A stretch of DNA of 64,000 nt from an uncultured Chroococcidiopsis sp. (GTDB lineage Bacteria > Cyanobacteriota > Cyanobacteriia > Cyanobacteriales > Chroococcidiopsidaceae). The stretch covers positions 32,001 through 96,000 of the forward strand of contig CAXTYC010000008.1 in NCBI GenBank assembly GCA_964248365.1, written 5' to 3'. Each line of letters starts with the position of its first letter. Position 1 is the stretch's first letter. This document shows positions 20,588 to 30,437 of the stretch, piece by piece. Position numbers and translations under genes: made by a program. A model generated the notes under the pieces. It was not told the origin of the DNA, did not search any database, and saw only the letters and a program-made list of their open reading frames with translations.

Positions 20588-21211
20588 TTATGCGGCTTTT
20601 TCTGTTGATACCAGGTTTACTAGAGTGGAGGCGATCACCTTTAGGGGAAGAACGAGATCTACTTTCCCTGTGGCAATTGCAGCCTTGGGCATATCGAAAC
20701 ACTCAGAAGTCGCTTCATCAGAGGCGATCGCTATGCCGCCATGCTTTTTAATTGCTAGCACCCCTAGAACGCCATCAGTTTGTTTACCTGTGAGAACAAT
20801 GCCGATCGCCCGTGCTTTGCAACTGGTAGCTACCGATTCGAACAGCACATTAGCACAGGGGCGAGTAAAGTTTACTTTTGCCGCATCTGAGAGAAACAGC
20901 TTACCGTTTGGGTTGACTATTAGGTGCTTATTAGGAACGGCAGTGTAAACTGTACCCGGACGTAATATTTCCCCTGACTGTGCGTGCTTAACTCGCAAAG
21001 CCGTGCGGCTACTCAAAATCTCAGGCAGATAGCTGGGACAATGAGCATACATATGCTTGACGATGATAATAGCTGCCGGAAAATCTGACGGCAAGGCAGA
21101 CAGAATCTCGATAATGGCTTGCTGCCCACCCCACGAAGCCGCGATCGCTACTACATTATACGCAACGTTGGGAAAGTGAGACAGGATTTTGTGTTCGAGT
21201 TTGCTTGTCAC
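20588..21211 (-). CDS. Stand-alone CheB-type methylesterase
   Basis: VAIAASWGG (Ser), IVKHM (His), LTGKQTDG (Asp), FDMPKAAI; no receiver domain. Confidence 0.88.
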   Translation of the reverse strand: MTSKLEHKILSHFPNVAYNVVAIAASWGGQQAIIEILSALPSDFPAAIIIVKHMYAHCPSYLPEILSSRTALRVKHAQSGEILRPGTVYTAVPNKHLIVNPNGKLFLSDAAKVNFTRPCANVLFESVATSCKARAIGIVLTGKQTDGVLGVLAIKKHGGIAIASDEATSECFDMPKAAIATGKVDLVLPLKVIASTLVNLVSTEKAA

Positions 21212-21270
21212 GTTTTTTCTTATTCAATGGTTCGCCCTGGCTCACCCTGGTGGCGTACAAAGTAAAACGC

Positions 21271-21327
21271 TTATGTAAGCTACCTGACATATATATATTA
21301 ACACTATATCTCAGGTAGCTGACATAA
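21271..21327. promoter_or_regulatory. Twin inverted Crp-like operator between cheB and crp
   Basis: 21271-21293 and 21305-21327 form a 23-bp inverted repeat with 2 mismatches; each arm has TGT(A/C)A-N6-TGA(C/G)A. Confidence 0.6.
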
Positions 21328-21414
21328 ATTCTTTACAACTAAGTCAACCTTTCGCCAGAAGTCGAAGACCAATGTTGTGAGTTATTGATTTAGATCAGAC
21401 CGATTCAAAAAGGC

Positions 21415-22137
21415 TTGGTGATCGACCTGTCAAAATCTCGTAAGAAGAGTGAAAATCGACTTTTAGCTGCTTTGCCCAAGGAGGAATACGAACGTCTTGT
21501 GGCTAACATGGAGAGTGTTTCCTTGAAGTTCAAGCAAAGCGTCTACGAGCCTAACGAACTGATCGAGTACGTCTATTTCGTCAAGCATGGCGTAGTTTCT
21601 CTACTCAACGTCATGGAAGATGGTAAAGAAGTCGAAGTGGCTACGGTAGGCAATGAAGGAATGGTAGGTCTGCCCGTGTTCCTGGGAGCTGATAGAGTTC
21701 CTGGCAGGGCTTTTTCCCAGGTTCCTGGTGATGCTTTCAGGATGAAGGCAAATGTATTTAAAGACATAGTTACCCCAGGTAGTCCGCTTCATGATTTGCT
21801 GCAACGCTACACACAAGCGCTGTTTAACCAAATCGCGCAAGGATCAGCCTGCAACAGTCTGCACTCAGTAGAAGAGCGAATGTGCCGCTGGCTGCTGATG
21901 ACTCAAGACCGAGTGGGACAAGACGAGTTTCCGCTTACCCAAGAGTTCCTCGGTCAAATGCTGGCTGTGCGCCGCCCCACTGTTAGTATGGCAGCCTCCA
22001 TTCTTCAAAAAGCGGGGCTGATTTGCTACAGTCGAGGCAAAATCACAATCCTCAATCGGGAAGGTTTGAAAGATTCATGCTGCGAGTGTTATGCGATCGT
22101 CAAAGCGGAGTTTGACCGTTTGGTCGGCGGCGATTGA
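21415..22137 (+). CDS. Crp/Fnr-family transcriptional regulator
   Basis: NRLLAALP, VGNEGMVG, ERMCRWLL, LTQEFLGQMLAVRRPTVS HTH. Confidence 0.9.
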   Translation: MVIDLSKSRKKSENRLLAALPKEEYERLVANMESVSLKFKQSVYEPNELIEYVYFVKHGVVSLLNVMEDGKEVEVATVGNEGMVGLPVFLGADRVPGRAFSQVPGDAFRMKANVFKDIVTPGSPLHDLLQRYTQALFNQIAQGSACNSLHSVEERMCRWLLMTQDRVGQDEFPLTQEFLGQMLAVRRPTVSMAASILQKAGLICYSRGKITILNREGLKDSCCECYAIVKAEFDRLVGGD

Positions 22138-22320
22138 GCTTATAGCTAGTAGAACTAATGAAGTATGAAGTATGAAGTGTGAAGTGTGTACGCGCAGCGG
22201 AGTCCGTAGGCTAGGAGTTGTGGAGTCAGAAGAGAGAATATTTAATTGTTTCCCTTTCCCCTTTTCCCTTTTACCTTTCCCCTTTATCCTTTATCCTTCA
22301 ACCTTTAAGCTTCAACCTTT

Positions 22321-22494
22321 AACTTAGATCTTGCACCTACTTTTTCGTCCGCCTAGAAATTTATTTCTAGGCTCAAAGCTTAACTAAGCTAAAGCTTACT
22401 GGATACATATTTGAGTGGGTTAAAACCCACTTGGGCTATAAGCCTTGAACTTCAGTTCAAGGCGTACGAGAGGGCGAGGTGCAAGATTTGAGTT
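22321..22494. mobile_element. MITE-like non-autonomous element (~174 bp)
   Basis: 18-bp TIR AACTTAGATCTTGCACCT / AGGTGCAAGATTTGAGTT (2 mismatches); internal hairpins; AAGCTTCAACCTTT on both flanks. Confidence 0.65.
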
Positions 22495-22584
22495 AAGCTT
22501 CAACCTTTTCCCTTCATCCTCGCCACTGCGCCTCTACAAACGTGGTTGAGCTAAACTGAACCGTATTAACTCAACACTCACCCG

Positions 22585-23511
22585 ATGAACATAGAAACCC
22601 TGAGTTCCTTACTTAGTGATACCCTACGGGCGGCTACACCTCTAGTTTTGGCAGCACTGGGAGAATTGGTATCAGAAAAAGCAGGAGTGTTAAATCTTGG
22701 AGTTGAGGGGATGATGCTAGTGGGGGCGGTATCTGGCTTTATCGCCGCCTCGCTGACAGGTAATATTTATTTGGGGTTAATCATGGCAATAGTGGCGGGG
22801 ATAGCGATCGCCCTGATCCACGCCGTACTAACCATTAGTTTGGCTGCAAACCAAGTCGCAACAGGTTTGGCTTTAACTATTTTTGGTTCTGGGTTGAGTG
22901 CATTTATCGGGGAAGGCTATGTAGGTAAAACAATCACTGGTTTACAACCGATTGGCATTCCTATCTTAAAATCAATTCCCTTAGTTGGTAGTACCGTCTT
23001 CAACCAAGATATTTTGGTTTATGCTTCAGTTGCTTTAGTAATTCTGGTATGGTGGTTTCTGCGATCCTCCAGATCCGGATTAGTGTTACGCAGTATTGGC
23101 GAATCTCCAGATTCTGCCGATGCTTTGGGATTACCCGTGACGCGAATGCGGTATCTAGCCGTCTTGTTTGGTGGGGCATTGGCTGGGTTAGCGGGTGCTT
23201 ATTTATCCCTGGCGTATACACCGCTATGGGCTGAGAATATGTCATCTGGTAGGGGATGGATAGCGATCGCTCTAGTTGTCTTCGCTACCTGGAAACCAGA
23301 ACGTATTCTTCTGGGTGCTTACTTATTTGGTGGAGTTAGTGCAATTAGTCTAGTTTTGCAAGCAATAGGGGTAAATGTCTCCCCGTATCTTTTATCTTCC
23401 TTGCCCTATCTAGCTACAATCTTGGTACTAGTGTTAATTTCCAAGGACGAGAGACACATTCAGTTAGGCGCACCTGCTTCTTTGGGACAGCCTTTTCGTC
23501 CAAGTCATTAA
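22585..23511 (+). CDS. ABC transporter permease (second nucleoside-type permease)
   Basis: SEKAGVLNLGVEGMM, GRGWIAIALVVFATW, LPYLATI. Confidence 0.9.
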   Translation: MNIETLSSLLSDTLRAATPLVLAALGELVSEKAGVLNLGVEGMMLVGAVSGFIAASLTGNIYLGLIMAIVAGIAIALIHAVLTISLAANQVATGLALTIFGSGLSAFIGEGYVGKTITGLQPIGIPILKSIPLVGSTVFNQDILVYASVALVILVWWFLRSSRSGLVLRSIGESPDSADALGLPVTRMRYLAVLFGGALAGLAGAYLSLAYTPLWAENMSSGRGWIAIALVVFATWKPERILLGAYLFGGVSAISLVLQAIGVNVSPYLLSSLPYLATILVLVLISKDERHIQLGAPASLGQPFRPSH

Positions 23512-23643
23512 TAAATGTTTCACGCAAAGACGCAAAGGCGCAAAGAAGAAAGAAAGAAAGTAGGGTAAGCATTGCCCACCACACAATTTGAATTTAATCT
23601 CAAGCATTGCCCACCACACAATTTAAACCGACTTTATTTAATC

Positions 23644-24385
23644 TCAAGAATATCTACGAAGAAATAAGGCGGGTTCATACTCATTTTTATCGCACTATTC
23701 TTTGACCTTATTTTCAATCATAGCTACTTCTTCTCTAGATAGATCTTCTTGCCATCTTCCCACCTTAGCTGAACCGATATGATTCATGTGTAGCAAGCTT
23801 TCTTCATCGTGATAATCAACAATACTCCTATCTTTGTCTTCATGAACATGAGGCATTTTTAGCTACTTTTCTTTGAATTGTTCCATTCGGTTTTTTTGAA
23901 GTTCTAATGTGTATTCCCCCGCAACTTGATGGCAATAATCTGAATTAATATTAATTTTAAGATGTTGGGCTTGCTCAACTTCCATCCTAATATTCTCTAC
24001 TACATCCTCATATTTGGAAATCTGGACTTTTGGTAAGCTAGTCCACTGTTTATAGTTATCTAAACAACGTTCTATCAAGCCTTCTTGCCAAAAATAATTA
24101 AAAGTTTTTAATCTTTGTTTCATGTAGGAAATATATACATCCCGAATATCCCTGAATATATATACACCCATTGTAAAATTCTGAGCTAATTGCTTCACTA
24201 CAAATATGAACTTTACAAACCTTTAATCCACTATGATTAACAGATTTATTTCGTACCTCTGGAAACCGTTTCCAATCTATCCAACCGATTTGCTCACCCA
24301 AGCCAGCATCTTTGACAAGCCGAGTTGCGATTTGAAACTGTAAAGTTGAAGCAGAACGATACATACCACAACAAAAAATCCACAT
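23644..24385 (-). pseudogene. Sulfotransferase-family pseudogene
   Basis: PAPS loop GMYRSAST, KVH, RDIRDVYISY, KYED, GRWQEDL. Frameshift near 24180; in-frame TAG at 23863 and a second one near 23695; natural stop at 23644. Confidence 0.8.
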
Positions 24386-24424
24386 AAATTCTCCAGGCGC
24401 TTATCTCAAAATCATGCTATAAAA

Positions 24425-24970
24425 TTAATATTTGGGAATAAAACCTCTAGTAGAGAAATATTTTAAAACTTTTTCAACGCACTGATTAACAGTCTCTTCG
24501 TGAGGTTTGAGAATCACATCTGGATTTAAAGGTGCTTCATAAGGAGATGAAATTCCTGTAAATTCAGCAATTTCCCCAGCTATAGCTTTTTTGTACAAAC
24601 CCTTTACATCCCTTTCTATACAAATTTCTAAGGGGGTGTCTACGTAAATTTCTATAAAATTTGGCAGATAACTCCTCAGTTTTTCACGGGAATATCGAGC
24701 AGGAGAAATTAAAGATACAATGGTACTTACACCATGTTTATTCAAAAGTTTACAAACAAAGCTAACTCTCTCAATATTACTATTTCGATCGGCGCGAGAA
24801 AAACCTAATTTTTTAGAAAGATTGGTGCGTATTAGATCACCATCTAGTTGCTCATAAGGAACTAATAACTCATTCAAAGTTTTAGCAATTCCTACTGCTA
24901 TTGTAGATTTGCCTGCTCCTGAGAGTCCAGTCAACCAGCAAGTGAAACCGAATCCTTTGAAGCTACTCAT
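24425..24970 (-). CDS. cysC: Adenylyl-sulfate kinase
   Basis: WLTGLSGAGKST, LDGDLIR, RDVKGLY, FTGISSPYEAP. Confidence 0.93.
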   Translation of the reverse strand: MSSFKGFGFTCWLTGLSGAGKSTIAVGIAKTLNELLVPYEQLDGDLIRTNLSKKLGFSRADRNSNIERVSFVCKLLNKHGVSTIVSLISPARYSREKLRSYLPNFIEIYVDTPLEICIERDVKGLYKKAIAGEIAEFTGISSPYEAPLNPDVILKPHEETVNQCVEKVLKYFSTRGFIPKY

Positions 24971-25172
24971 ATTTATTGTTTCAGTTGGCTATATTTTACA
25001 GAATTAGTATATAGTTAGCTAGAACATATCCTACTAACCTAAGCTGGAATTTTCAAAAGCTATGACTGTTAAAGTGTTAATTACAGTACATTAATTTAGT
25101 TTGTTAATTGACAAAAATATTGACAAACTATTTTGACTACAATCGTTGGATATATCTATTTAAAAATAATTT

Positions 25173-25955
25173 ATGTCTAATTTAGATGCAACACCGCTGT
25201 ATGCAATGAACCCGCTAAATCGATTTAGCGATCGCGCAGCGGATTATGTAAAGTATCGACCAAGTTACCCCAGCGTAGCAATTGACAAGATACTAGAGGG
25301 GTGGAGTTCGCCCTCCCAACTTGTAGCAGCGGATATAGGTGCTGGAACAGGGATTTCCTCGCGGCTGCTGGCGCAGCGGGGGGTAAGGGTGATAGCAATT
25401 GAACCAAACCAGCAGATGAGACAAGCAGCACAATCTCATCCTCTGGTGGAGTTTCGAGACGCAACAGCAGAAGCTACTAGTTTAGCTGACACAAGTGTCG
25501 ATCTAGTGGCTTGCTTTCAATCATTTCATTGGTTTAATCCACAGCCTACTTTGTTAGAATTTCATCGCATTGTGAAATCTTCAGGAAGGTTGGCTGTAGT
25601 GTGGAATGAACGAGATCGCCATGATGAATTTACTGCTAACTACACCCAGATCGTCCAAAGAGCCTCAAACAATCATCCAGCAGAACAACGTCGTGTAGCA
25701 GTAGAACCACTTTTAACAAGTCTTTTATTCCCCAATGTCCAGCAATATACATTTGCTTACAGGCAAAATCTAGATTTAGCTGGACTAATTGGTCGTGCTA
25801 TGAGTACCTCATATATACCACGTACAGGGGAGGCACACCAGCAACTGATTTCTAATTTACAGCAATTGTATGAAAGTAATTGCGATCACAATGGTCGTGT
25901 TTACCTGTCCTATCGAACTATAGTATTCATTGTCGAACCAAAACCCAAAGCATAG
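25173..25955 (+). CDS. Class I SAM-dependent methyltransferase
   Basis: ADIGAGTG, IEPN, QSFHWF. Confidence 0.9.
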   Translation: MSNLDATPLYAMNPLNRFSDRAADYVKYRPSYPSVAIDKILEGWSSPSQLVAADIGAGTGISSRLLAQRGVRVIAIEPNQQMRQAAQSHPLVEFRDATAEATSLADTSVDLVACFQSFHWFNPQPTLLEFHRIVKSSGRLAVVWNERDRHDEFTANYTQIVQRASNNHPAEQRRVAVEPLLTSLLFPNVQQYTFAYRQNLDLAGLIGRAMSTSYIPRTGEAHQQLISNLQQLYESNCDHNGRVYLSYRTIVFIVEPKPKA

Positions 25956-26111
25956 CAACAATCTTTGGTATTTTTTAAATTTATTTATCAAGCTTTTTCA
26001 AGCAATAAATCACTGAAAAATAAAAACTTTTAGTTTATTATCTTTCAGTGATGTTTCAATGATATTTCGATTTAACTACCTAGATTTCGGTAGTTTCTGC
26101 CAATGCTAGAA

Positions 26112-26351
26112 CTATTGTGCGTACGAGGTAGAGGCTGCTAAAGAGGACGCGGTATGATACTTATCGCCAATAGCATTATAAGCACTTGTCACTGCCAAAG
26201 TGGAAGTATTAGCAACTTTCTCACCGAAAGCATCTGCGCTAGCCACAGCATCTGCAAAAGCCTCTTGCTTGGGAAGTGCCAAGCCTCCTTGAATGCTAAT
26301 TTCATCTTCTTCACGAATTTCTTCCAGATAGTCTAGGTTACGAATATCCAT
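26112..26351 (-). CDS. Small Ala/Ser/Thr-rich protein with a double-glycine-type leader
   Basis: ATG at 26351 after GGAGGG; MDIRNLDYLEEIREEDEISIQGG followed by an A/S/T-rich core. Confidence 0.7.
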   Translation of the reverse strand: MDIRNLDYLEEIREEDEISIQGGLALPKQEAFADAVASADAFGEKVANTSTLAVTSAYNAIGDKYHTASSLAASTSYAQ

Positions 26352-26846
26352 GAAATTTCCCTCCAATTGCAAAAATTTTATTGGGTTTTTACGACCAAAC
26401 TTTTTTATTTGGTCTTATTAACCCTAGCAGCTAATTTTTTTTTAAAACACTAACTTTACATTACTTAATTATTGTTAAAATCCTATAAAAACAGCATATT
26501 TTTATATTTTAATACTGCTATAAAGCTATAAAATGAGTAAGTTAAAATGAAAATTATTTCTAAACTAAACTCTGACAAAAATACTGGTTTTTTAATCTAT
26601 ACATTGGTTGTATAGCAAGACGCATTAAGATTAGGACAAATTTACCAAGTAAAGTTGTTGAGCTATAATTCCTTGAAAAAAGCTAATAGCTAATTGCTAA
26701 TTGCTATACGTTGTGCAAATTACTAATAAAAAATCACCCCTGAGCAATATAGAAATGTAGTCTTATAAAACTCAGGGAGTGAATTTTTAGATTATGCAGT
26801 TAAGGCTTTACTGTTTGCACTAGGGCTATTAACTTGAAATCCTTAG

Positions 26847-27347
26847 CTATGCTGCTGGGGTATTTTCAGTTTGATTCGCTTCTGTTGCAGTTTCAGTTGT
26901 TTGGGTATTGGTATCTGCCAAATTGATTTTTACTACAGAGCTGCGAGCTTCAGCTACTTTGGGCAGAGTTAGGGTGAGAATACCATCCTTGAACTCGGCT
27001 TGCACTTGGTCATTGACCACAGCCACAGGTAGGGGAATCACACGCTGAAATTTGCCATAGCGGAATTCAGTGCGGAACAAGCCTTTATCTTCGGCTTTCT
27101 TTTCATAGCGATGCTCACCTGCGATCGCAACTGCTTTGGGTGTCACCCGAACATCGAGATCTTTTCCTTCAACACCTGGAATCTCTGCCCGTAAAATTAC
27201 GCTATCTTCGGTATCTTTTATTTCAATTGCAGGCTGCCAAGTCAATTGTGATTCGCGGTTTACAGTTGTCATTTCGTCAAAAATTTGATCCATTTGACGA
27301 CGCAGAGTTTCGATTTCTTGGAAGGGTTGCCAACGAATTAGTGCCAT
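26847..27347 (-). CDS. hspA: Small heat-shock protein (Hsp20)
   Basis: MALIRWQPF, WQPAIE, EFRYGKFQRVIPLP, DGILTLTLPK. Confidence 0.93.
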   Translation of the reverse strand: MALIRWQPFQEIETLRRQMDQIFDEMTTVNRESQLTWQPAIEIKDTEDSVILRAEIPGVEGKDLDVRVTPKAVAIAGEHRYEKKAEDKGLFRTEFRYGKFQRVIPLPVAVVNDQVQAEFKDGILTLTLPKVAEARSSVVKINLADTNTQTTETATEANQTENTPAA

Positions 27348-27731
27348 AATTAGCTCGTATGAAAGTATTTCTTACTACGTTTGATTCACACATCTCTATA
27401 ATGCCGAACCTGTAAAATATCCTCAGTGAGGTAAACCGGATTTATGTAGTGGTAAATACCCAACTTTTAGAGGGGCTAGGGGCTAGAGGCTAGAGGCTAG
27501 GGAGAGGGAAAAGGGAAAAGGGAAAAGGGAATTCATAATTTCTCCTGTGCCCCCCTGCCCCCCTGCTCCCCCAGCTTTCCCTAGCCTCTAGCCCCTAGCC
27601 CCTAGCCCCTTCTTATTACAGAATTTAAAGTTATGTAGCCTTTTGGTGAAGTGGACACAGGCTGTACGGTACACTATGCCTTGATTATGACTCTCAACTA
27701 ACCACAACGCTGACTTTGGAGTCTAGATTCA

Positions 27732-27980
27732 ATGTCTCATACAGTTAAAATCTACGATACCTGCATTGGCTGCACTCAATGCGTCCGAGCTTGCCCAACT
27801 GACGTTTTAGAGATGGTTCCCTGGGACGGCTGTAGAGCTGCTCAGATTGCCTCATCTCCACGCACAGAAGACTGTGTGGGTTGCAAGCGGTGTGAAACTG
27901 CCTGCCCCACCGACTTTTTGAGCATCCGCGTTTACCTAAGCAATGCTGAAACAACTCGCAGTATGGGTTTAGCTTACTGA
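27732..27980 (+). CDS. psaC: Photosystem I iron-sulfur centre subunit
   Basis: Two CxxCxxCxxxCP motifs; ends [10 protein letters not shown]. Confidence 0.98.
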   Translation: MSHTVKIYDTCIGCTQCVRACPTDVLEMVPWDGCRAAQIASSPRTEDCVGCKRCETACPTDFLSIRVYLSNAETTRSMGLAY

Positions 27981-28236
27981 GAAGGTGTAGATTTCTCCGC
28001 CTGCGGTGAATTAAACATCGATGGAGTGCAAGTACCATTAGACGATTGCTTTTTCTTAGCTGCTTTTTCTTAGCTGCTTTTTACAATTGGGCTGCAATTG
28101 TCAGGGGGAGAAATTTACTCCCTCTTTTTTTTGCAGAGGTACCGTCCTTGTGCCATAAATGTAGAGATATTTCTAGATTGCGATCGCAATCTAGGGCATA
28201 CCCATAAATTATAAATACTAGCAGGAGTGATATATT

Positions 28237-30129
28237 ATGTGCGGCATCGTTGGTTATATCGGCACTCAAGCAGCGACAGGAATTTTGCTGAGCGGGTTGG
28301 AGAAACTGGAGTACCGGGGTTACGATTCCGCCGGAATTGCTACAGTTTTGGAAGGTGAAATACATTGTGTCCGAGCAAAAGGCAAACTCCACAACTTGCG
28401 CGAAAAGCTAGAACAAATCGAAAATCCCGCCCGAACTGGCATTGGGCATACTCGTTGGGCAACTCATGGCAAGCCAGAAGAGTACAACGCCCATCCTCAC
28501 ATGGATATGGCAATGCGAGTAGCCGTAGTAGTAAATGGCATTATTGAAAACTACTGTGAGTTGCGCGAGAAGCTCAAACAACAGGGACATGAGTTTCGCT
28601 CAGATACTGATGTTGAAGTAATTCCCCACCTAATTGCACAGTTCTTGACAGAAAACCCCTCACCTGCTACTAACCACGCCTCACACTTTGTAGAAGCAGT
28701 ACGACAAACAGTAAACAAGCTAGAGGGGGCATTCGCGATCGCTGTTATTTGTGCTGATTACCCCGATGAAATAATCATTGCCCGACAACAAGCGCCGATC
28801 TCGATTGGTTTTGGACAAGGGGAATTCTTCTGCGCCTCTGACACTCCCGCCCTTGTACCCCACACTAGAGCAGTATTAACCCTGGAAAATGGCGAACTGG
28901 CTAGGCTGACACCATTAGGAGTTGAAGTTTACAACTTTGCAGGCGATCGCCTCAAAAAACAACCCCGTACTCTTAGTTGGAATCCTGTCATGGTGGAAAA
29001 ACAAGGTTTCCGACACTTCATGGTTAAGGAAATTTATGAGCAACCAGGAGTAGTTAGAACTTTCTTAGAAGCTTATGTAAACGATAATTGGAATTCCTCT
29101 GAACCATCAAGTCCAATTAAGCTTGGTTTACCAGACTCTATTTATGCAGTGTCACAAATTCAAATTGTTGCCTGTGGCACTAGTTGGCACGCTAGCTTAA
29201 TAGGTAAATACCTGCTCGAACAGCTAGCGGGAATTCCCACAACGGTGCAGTATTCCTCTGAATATCGCTATGCACCACCGCCTCTAACTGCCAATACTTT
29301 AATGATTGGTGTTACTCAGTCTGGGGAAACAGCCGATACGCTGGCAGCTTTAACAACGGAAAAAGAGCGCCGTGCTGGTAAGTCTTCTGAGTACCAAGCG
29401 AGATTGTTGGGTATTACCAATCGCCTTGATAGCTCGATCGCCATATTAGCAGATCATATCATCGACACCCATGCCGGAATTGAAATCGGTGTTGCCGCGA
29501 CTAAAACTTTTATCGCTCAGTTATTAGCTTTTTACAGCCTAGCTTTGGATTTAGCTTACCGTCGTCAAACTCTTTCAGCAACTCAAATCGAGAAAATTCT
29601 CGATGGATTACGTCAGTTACCAGCTCAAATTGAATTGATTTTAGAAAGCCAAGAGCGTTATATTCAAGAATTAACCCATCAGTTTACTGAGACGCAAGAT
29701 TTTATTTTTATTGGACGAGGAATTAATTTCCCGATTGCCCTAGAAGGGGCGTTGAAGCTCAAGGAAATTAGCTACATCCACGCTGAAGGTTATCCAGCAG
29801 GAGAGTTGAAGCATGGACCGATCGCCCTGTTGGATGCGAAGGTTCCCGTAGTAGCGATCGCTATGCCTGGTAGTGTTTATGAAAAGACTCTCTCAAATGC
29901 TCAGGAAGCTAAAGCGCGTGATTCTCGCTTGATCGGTGTTACTCCTATGCATGAAGAGGAAGCAGCCGAGGTTTTTGACGATCTAATTCCCGTTCCAACC
30001 GTTGATGAGTTGCTTTCTCCCATCCTCACAGTAATTCCTCTGCAACTACTGGCTTATCATATTGCGGCACGTCGGGGTTTGGATGTGGATCAGCCCAGAA
30101 ATTTAGCTAAGTCTGTGACAGTGGAGTAG
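28237..30129 (+). CDS. glmS: Glutamine-fructose-6-phosphate aminotransferase
   Basis: MCGIVG, LEYRGYDSAG, HTRWATHG, PRNLAKSVTVE. Confidence 0.98.
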   Translation: MCGIVGYIGTQAATGILLSGLEKLEYRGYDSAGIATVLEGEIHCVRAKGKLHNLREKLEQIENPARTGIGHTRWATHGKPEEYNAHPHMDMAMRVAVVVNGIIENYCELREKLKQQGHEFRSDTDVEVIPHLIAQFLTENPSPATNHASHFVEAVRQTVNKLEGAFAIAVICADYPDEIIIARQQAPISIGFGQGEFFCASDTPALVPHTRAVLTLENGELARLTPLGVEVYNFAGDRLKKQPRTLSWNPVMVEKQGFRHFMVKEIYEQPGVVRTFLEAYVNDNWNSSEPSSPIKLGLPDSIYAVSQIQIVACGTSWHASLIGKYLLEQLAGIPTTVQYSSEYRYAPPPLTANTLMIGVTQSGETADTLAALTTEKERRAGKSSEYQARLLGITNRLDSSIAILADHIIDTHAGIEIGVAATKTFIAQLLAFYSLALDLAYRRQTLSATQIEKILDGLRQLPAQIELILESQERYIQELTHQFTETQDFIFIGRGINFPIALEGALKLKEISYIHAEGYPAGELKHGPIALLDAKVPVVAIAMPGSVYEKTLSNAQEAKARDSRLIGVTPMHEEEAAEVFDDLIPVPTVDELLSPILTVIPLQLLAYHIAARRGLDVDQPRNLAKSVTVE

Positions 30130-30437
30130 ATTTGTTGCTTGGAAGAACGATAAATCAAACCGTTGAATAACAGAAAAAATAGGATTTCACAGAAGTAGAT
30201 GCGCGATCGCTTTTGGAGATCCTTTTTTATGGGCAGTAGAAATGGTCGAGCCAAGAACTTGAGTTTTGATGTTAACCGGAATTAGACAAGGGGAATTCTA
30301 TAAATAGTAACTCACTTATTACTCGATTGGTGTAACCCCTATGAGCAATTACACTAAACACAATCCTCCACCGAATCCACATTTATCTCTCATTGCAAGA
30401 AGCATTCACTCGCTTGGATCGATTGAGTGGATTGAAT

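Noticed and set aside
23567..23650. Direct repeat AAGCATTGCCCACCACACAATTT x2 (35-bp period) as a possible mini-CRISPR
   Set aside because: Only two copies, a 12-nt spacer and no cas genes; it looks like a duplicated REP-like arm.
30130..30340. Tn7/CAST end at the glmS attachment site
   Set aside because: No repeated TnsB-binding sites, no matching far end and no tns or cas genes visible.
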